DNA of 64,000 nucleotides. It comes from Alphaproteobacteria bacterium (lineage in GTDB: Bacteria > Pseudomonadota > Alphaproteobacteria > UBA7887). The notes under the pieces were generated by a model that searched no databases, had not been told where the DNA came from, and saw only the letters and a list, made by a program, of their open reading frames with translations. Positions 59,374 to 64,000 of this stretch are shown here, in pieces. The stretch is taken from positions 3,072,001-3,136,000 of the forward strand of contig CBDCGL010000011.1 of the NCBI GenBank assembly GCA_965216755.1, read 5' to 3'. The translations under genes and the position numbers were made by a program. The number at the start of each line of letters is the position of its first letter. Within the stretch, counting starts at the first letter, position 1.

Positions 59374-59508
59374 CTAAGCCGATAGTCGTTTGCGCCCCCT
59401 GGCGCGACGGCGTGCAAGAACACGTCGTCCGCCGACGGTCGCCATGCGTGCGCGAAAGCCATGCCGACGCTTTCGCACCAAGACGCTGGGTTGATATGTA
59501 CGTTTCAT
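59374..59508 (-). CDS. rpmH: 50S ribosomal protein L34 (absent from the ORF track)
   Basis: Hand translation: [44 protein letters not shown]. Confidence 0.97.
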   Translation of the reverse strand: MKRTYQPSVLVRKRRHGFRARMATVGGRRVLARRRARGRKRLSA

Positions 59509-59824
59509 TGGAACAAAAGCCTCACGGAATACCGCGCCCCCACGCCCGCCATGCGACGGAGGCGCCGCGCTGTATACGAGTTGTACTGCGCGAAGTCAAA
59601 TGGCGCCAGCCTGAACCTTTTGAGCTAAGTTCTTGTCGGCACGCTATTGTCGGTCGCGCGCTGGCGATGTTGTGAATGGCCTTTTTGGCGGGACAGCTGT
59701 TACCGTCTCCCATATAAGAAACGATTGTGATTTGCGACGATGAAATGCGGCTTAGATTGGGGTCGTCGCAAACATCAGGGTGGAGCGAGGGAGTGGCCCG
59801 CCCGGGCCGTAAAGGCGAGATGAG

Positions 59825-60664
59825 ATGATGATGCCTCGGTGGATCATCGCGGCGGGAATTGGCGTCGTCCTGGCCGGTTGCGAAACGGTACCGCCGCGAC
59901 CGGCCGAAGAACTTGATCCGCGCGGTCTGTGGTTTACCCACGATGCCAAGTCAACCGAAACGATCGACCATGGGCCGTGGCAGCATTTTCTTGAGACCTA
60001 TGCAGAAATCGACGATCAAGCCGTGACCCGCATCGCCTACGAAGACGTGACGCGTCAGGACAAGAAAGCCCTTGCCGCGTATTTGGACTTTCTGAATTCG
60101 ATCAGAATTGCCGACTATAACCGCGATGAACAGATCGCGTTTTGGATGAACTTGTACAATGCCGCGATTGCCCATTTGGTGTTGGACCACTGGCCGGTGG
60201 ACTCGATCCTGCAAATCCGTGGTCCGGGCGTCAATGTCGTTGGTCCGTGGCTTGAAAACGTCGCACGGATCGAAGGCAAATCGGTGAGCTTCAATGATAT
60301 CGAGCACCACATATTGCGACCGGCTTTCGGTGACATGGGACCGCCGATCCACTATGGCGTCAATTGCGCCTCGATCGGATGTCCGACTTTGGCGGTGGAC
60401 GCCCATACCGGTACGAACTGGCGTGATAATTTGGAAGAATCGGCGCGCCTCTACGTAAATTCACCGCAAGGCGTAACCATCGAAGATGACGAACTCTTCG
60501 TTTCCAAGGTCTACTTCAGTTGGTTTATCGATGATTTCGGCGGCACCGACGAAGCCGTCATCGAGCATTTGATGTCCTATGCCGAACCGGAACTCGCAGA
60601 GCAATTGTCCGCGTTCGACACCATCACCAGCGATTACTACGACTGGCGCATCAACAAGCGATAG
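59825..60664 (+). CDS. DUF547 lipoprotein
   Basis: Lipobox LAGC, AFWMNLYNA, IEH.ILR, IHYGVNCASIGCP and YDWRIN. Confidence 0.88.
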   Translation: MMMPRWIIAAGIGVVLAGCETVPPRPAEELDPRGLWFTHDAKSTETIDHGPWQHFLETYAEIDDQAVTRIAYEDVTRQDKKALAAYLDFLNSIRIADYNRDEQIAFWMNLYNAAIAHLVLDHWPVDSILQIRGPGVNVVGPWLENVARIEGKSVSFNDIEHHILRPAFGDMGPPIHYGVNCASIGCPTLAVDAHTGTNWRDNLEESARLYVNSPQGVTIEDDELFVSKVYFSWFIDDFGGTDEAVIEHLMSYAEPELAEQLSAFDTITSDYYDWRINKR

Positions 60665-60754
60665 CAACTGCCGTGCCATCAGCCATCCCCTTCGTGACGC
60701 GCGCCGAACGCCAAGTTGCGCGGCGGCCGGATCGGACATGGGGGAACGAACAAA

Positions 60755-61495
60755 ATGGTCAGTAACGACGACCCGCAAACCAATGTCTCGGCCCTGCGGC
60801 GCTGGTTGCCGCTGGTTATCTTGGCCGCCGCCATTGGCGTCGTCTTTGCGCTCGGCCTGCATAGCTATTTGAACTTCGAGACCCTGCGCGACAATCGCGC
60901 GCTGCTGCTCGATTGGGTCGGCCGCTACGGCGTGCTGGCCGGGCTTGTCTATATTTTGATCTATGCGGCCGTGGTCGCGATGTCCCTACCCGGCGCGGTG
61001 TTCATGACGCTGGCCGGCGGCTTCATGTTCGGCGCGGTCGCAGCGACCGCCTATACGGTCATCGGGGCGACCGCCGGCGCGACCCTGTTGTTTGTCATCG
61101 CCAAAACCACCTTGGGCGAGAGTCTGCGCCAGCGGGCCGGGCGTGCGGTGCGTAAAATGGAACAAGGGTTCAAACGCAATGCGTTTAACTATTTGTTGGT
61201 GTTGCGGTTGGTGCCGATTTTTCCGTTTTGGCTGGTCAACCTTGTGCCGGCCTTGTTGGGCGTGCCTTTGGCGACATTTGTCATCGCGACACTGATTGGC
61301 ATCATTCCGGGCACCTTCGTGTTTTGCCTGGCCGGCGCCGGTTTGGGCAGCGTATTCGACTCGGGCGAATCGTTTTCTTTGCGAAGCGTACTGACACCTG
61401 AGCTAATTGCCGCGTTGATCGGTCTCGCGCTGCTCGCATTGCTGCCCGTGGTCTATCGTCATTTTCGCGGCAACACACAGCAATCTAACGATTAA
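60755..61495 (+). CDS. TVP38/TMEM64 (DedA/VTT) membrane protein
   Basis: SLPGA..MTL.GGFMFG, GATAGA, YLLVLRLVPIFPFWLVN and GIIPG. Confidence 0.92.
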   Translation: MVSNDDPQTNVSALRRWLPLVILAAAIGVVFALGLHSYLNFETLRDNRALLLDWVGRYGVLAGLVYILIYAAVVAMSLPGAVFMTLAGGFMFGAVAATAYTVIGATAGATLLFVIAKTTLGESLRQRAGRAVRKMEQGFKRNAFNYLLVLRLVPIFPFWLVNLVPALLGVPLATFVIATLIGIIPGTFVFCLAGAGLGSVFDSGESFSLRSVLTPELIAALIGLALLALLPVVYRHFRGNTQQSND

Positions 61496-61567
61496 CAGCA
61501 CTGCCGTTTAATCGCATCGTGGAAATGCGCTGCGCACGGCTGGTCGCGTCACGCAATTTTAACTACA

Positions 61568-62359
61568 TTGGCAGATGATGTTTCACTCTCAGAACGATCG
61601 ATTCCAAGAGCTGGCGGCCAAAATAGATTCGTCGTGAAAAAGTCCTACACAGTGCCCTGTGCGAGTGCGTTTCGTGATCGCGTCTTGTCGTTGGCCGAGG
61701 CATTGGGCGTGAACGCCGCGGATGTCGCGCGTTCGGTTTTGTTGCTCGTGCCGCGCGAAGTGATTGACGCCGCAGATGATCCTGGCGAACCGGATCCGAA
61801 AGATCGTGAGACTGTTGTGCTGAAGTCGGGGCCGTCGGCGGGCCGTCCCTGGCGCCGCAAACCACGCTTGCAGGTCCGCATGCAGCCGGACTTGGAAATA
61901 ACCCAAATTCGTCGCGCATTGGCAATCGCCCTGCAATTGGGCGAAGGCGGCATCGCGGTGTCGCTTAGCGATCCCAACGCGACGGCGGCGCCAACCAACG
62001 GCGGGCCGCGCCCGCCGAAGGAAGCGAAACGACCGGCGCCGGAAACGAAACCAGCTATTAAGCCTTCGACGCCGCCGCCGAAGAACGACCACCAAGTCAC
62101 CGCCTTGGAAGACGAAGTGGGGCGCCTGGAGTCGCTTATCGCCAGCATGCTGTTCGAACCACTGAAGGGCGGCGTTAAGAGTCGTCAAGACGCTCTGTTC
62201 GTCCTCGGCTTCCCGCCCTGGGCGCGACCGGATCGCGGTGCCGTGCGCCGTCGATTTCGCGAATTGGCCGCCATTCACCACCCCGATAGCCGGTTTGGCG
62301 ACCACGAGCGGATGAGTCAGATCAATGCAGCATCGGAGTTGCTCGGCCGGCGCAACTGA
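61568..62359 (+). CDS. C-terminal J-domain protein (start uncertain)
   Basis: ALFVLGFPP...RRFRELAAIHHPDS..GDHERMSQINAA, a J domain with HPD. Confidence 0.8.
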   Translation: MADDVSLSERSIPRAGGQNRFVVKKSYTVPCASAFRDRVLSLAEALGVNAADVARSVLLLVPREVIDAADDPGEPDPKDRETVVLKSGPSAGRPWRRKPRLQVRMQPDLEITQIRRALAIALQLGEGGIAVSLSDPNATAAPTNGGPRPPKEAKRPAPETKPAIKPSTPPPKNDHQVTALEDEVGRLESLIASMLFEPLKGGVKSRQDALFVLGFPPWARPDRGAVRRRFRELAAIHHPDSRFGDHERMSQINAASELLGRRN

Positions 62360-62414
62360 CGCGGGTTCGCAAGCCGGTTGAAACCGTCACCAAGGCGGGC
62401 CACTGTGCGCCGCG

Positions 62415-63182
62415 ATGACCGAACCCACCATCAACGTCAGCCGACTGACCAAATCTTTTGGCACCGTAACGGCTGTGGATCGCATTTCATTTGCCGTCGC
62501 CGCCGGCCAAACGATTGGTCTGCTGGGCGGCAACGGCGCCGGCAAGACGACAACTCTGGGCATGTTGTTGGGACTCATTCTGCCCGATTCCGGCAGCATT
62601 CGGATATTCGGCGAAGACATGGTGCGTCATCGCCATCGTCTGTTGCCGATGATGAATTTTTCGTCGCCCTATGTGGATCTGCCGCACCGCTTGACCGTTC
62701 ACGAAAACCTGCGTGTGTACGGACATCTCTACGGCCTCGAGACGGTCGAACGCCAAATCGCGCGCCTCGCCCAAGACCTGGACCTGTCCGCCTTTCTGGA
62801 TCGTCAAACCGGCAAGCTGTCGGCGGGGCAAAAAACACGGGTTGCCTTGGCCAAAGCGCTGCTCAATACACCGCGGCTGCTGTTGCTGGACGAACCGACG
62901 GCTTCGATGGATCCGGATACGGGTGACATCATTCGTGGCTATCTGGAGGCCTATCAAGCGCGCAGTCAGGCGACGGTGTTGCTGGCATCGCACAATATGG
63001 GCGAAGTGGAGCGTTTGTGCGATGACGTGATCATGATGAAGGCGGGGGCGGTGGTCGACCAAGGCACACCGGCCGCCCTGTTGGCGCGCTATGGTCGTCG
63101 GTCGATGGAAGAGGTGTTCCTGGATATCGCCCGCAATCGTCAACGCGATGGGGCGGACGGCGATGCGACGGGGGTAGCATGA
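62415..63182 (+). CDS. ABC transporter ATP-binding protein
   Basis: GGNGAGKTT, LSAGQ, LLLLDEPT and SH motifs. Confidence 0.95.
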   Translation: MTEPTINVSRLTKSFGTVTAVDRISFAVAAGQTIGLLGGNGAGKTTTLGMLLGLILPDSGSIRIFGEDMVRHRHRLLPMMNFSSPYVDLPHRLTVHENLRVYGHLYGLETVERQIARLAQDLDLSAFLDRQTGKLSAGQKTRVALAKALLNTPRLLLLDEPTASMDPDTGDIIRGYLEAYQARSQATVLLASHNMGEVERLCDDVIMMKAGAVVDQGTPAALLARYGRRSMEEVFLDIARNRQRDGADGDATGVA

Positions 63183-63985
63183 CGCCGCTGGCCTTGTCCG
63201 CGCGCCGCGTCTATGCGCTGTCGCTGCGCCACTATTACTTGATGCGCGGATCCTGGCCGCGCCTTTTGGATCTGATCTATTGGCCGACCCTGCAAATGAC
63301 CTTGTGGGGTTTCATTACTGTATTTCTGAAAACCAATAGCAGCTGGGTCGCCGAAGCCGCCGGCGTGCTGATCTCCGCGGTGTTGCTGTGGGACGTCTTG
63401 TTTCGCGGCCACATCAGTCTGTTTTTGAGTTTTCTAGAGGAAATATGGTCACGCAATTTGGGCCATCTGTTCGTCAGCCCGTTGCGGCCGGGCGAGTTTA
63501 TTTTGGCGATCGTATTTGTCAGCCTGGTCCGCACAATCATCGGCGTCGGCGGCGCGGCGGCATTTGCGGTTTTGTTGTTCGGCGTATCGATTCTCGATCT
63601 AGGCCTGCCACTGGCGGCATTTTTTTTCAACCTGATTGCCATGGGTTGGTCGTTGGGATTGTTGGTCAGTGGCTTGGTGCTGCGCTATGGGCAAGGCGCC
63701 GAGGGGTTGGCATGGGCGGCGGTGTTTCTGATTCAGCCGGTCAGCAGCGTCTATTATCCGGTCGACATACTGCCCGCTTGGTTGCAGGCGGTCGCTGCCG
63801 GTCTGCCCGCCGCACATGTTTTCGAAGGCATGCGGGCGCTGTTGATCGATGATCTGTTTCGGCCCGACCTGCTGGTCAAGGCGACGCTGTTGAATGGCGT
63901 GTGGTTGCTGCTCGGCATCGCCGTATTTTACGCGATATTGCGAACCGCGCGGCGCAACGGCCAGCTAATGCGGCTGGGTGAATAG
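63179..63985 (+). CDS. ABC-2 type permease
   Basis: Six TM helices, SFLEEIWSRNL, YYPV..LPAWLQ and FEGMR. ATGA overlap with the ATPase. Confidence 0.92.
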   Translation: MTPLALSARRVYALSLRHYYLMRGSWPRLLDLIYWPTLQMTLWGFITVFLKTNSSWVAEAAGVLISAVLLWDVLFRGHISLFLSFLEEIWSRNLGHLFVSPLRPGEFILAIVFVSLVRTIIGVGGAAAFAVLLFGVSILDLGLPLAAFFFNLIAMGWSLGLLVSGLVLRYGQGAEGLAWAAVFLIQPVSSVYYPVDILPAWLQAVAAGLPAAHVFEGMRALLIDDLFRPDLLVKATLLNGVWLLLGIAVFYAILRTARRNGQLMRLGE

Positions 63986-64000
63986 GCCAAATGAGGATGT

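Noticed and set aside
58935-59462. 175-aa RnpA with N-terminal extension
   Set aside because: The extension is an alternative frame of rpmH (59374-59508).

Overview
GC-rich alphaproteobacterial (Rhodospirillales-like) chromosomal window with no integrase, transposase, phage or CRISPR array. Core genes: cbb3 oxidase operon ccoNOQP-GHIS followed by panC, ggt, a HAMP kinase with a flavoprotein disulfide reductase, msrP, hsp20/DUF1150, chvI/chvG, hemC-hemD-COG4223(Mic60-like)-hemY, tsaD-gpsA, dapD, argB-engB-yidC-yidD-rnpA-rpmH, DUF547/TVP38 and an ABC-2 exporter. Accessory genes: a complete 2-hydroxyisobutyryl-CoA mutase operon (gntR-hcmB-hcl-meaH-hcmA) ending in a tandem gamma-CA gene whose two domains carry complementary metal ligands, an orphan merF, a CyaC-type heme/ferredoxin adenylate cyclase, a Tat-signal myo-inositol-oxygenase-like HD protein and tRNA-Thr(CGT). 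The most unusual signal is non-coding. Four copies of an exactly 84-bp palindromic element (28517, 31422, 39157, 55176) have identical 20-bp inverted arms, two divergent 16-bp NrdR-box-like motifs and a unique 14-bp centre, and all lie between convergent 3' ends. A second CTAG-starting repeat family (18092, 46462) carries a perfect FNR box in one copy. Function assignments come from motif recognition only; no database searches were run.
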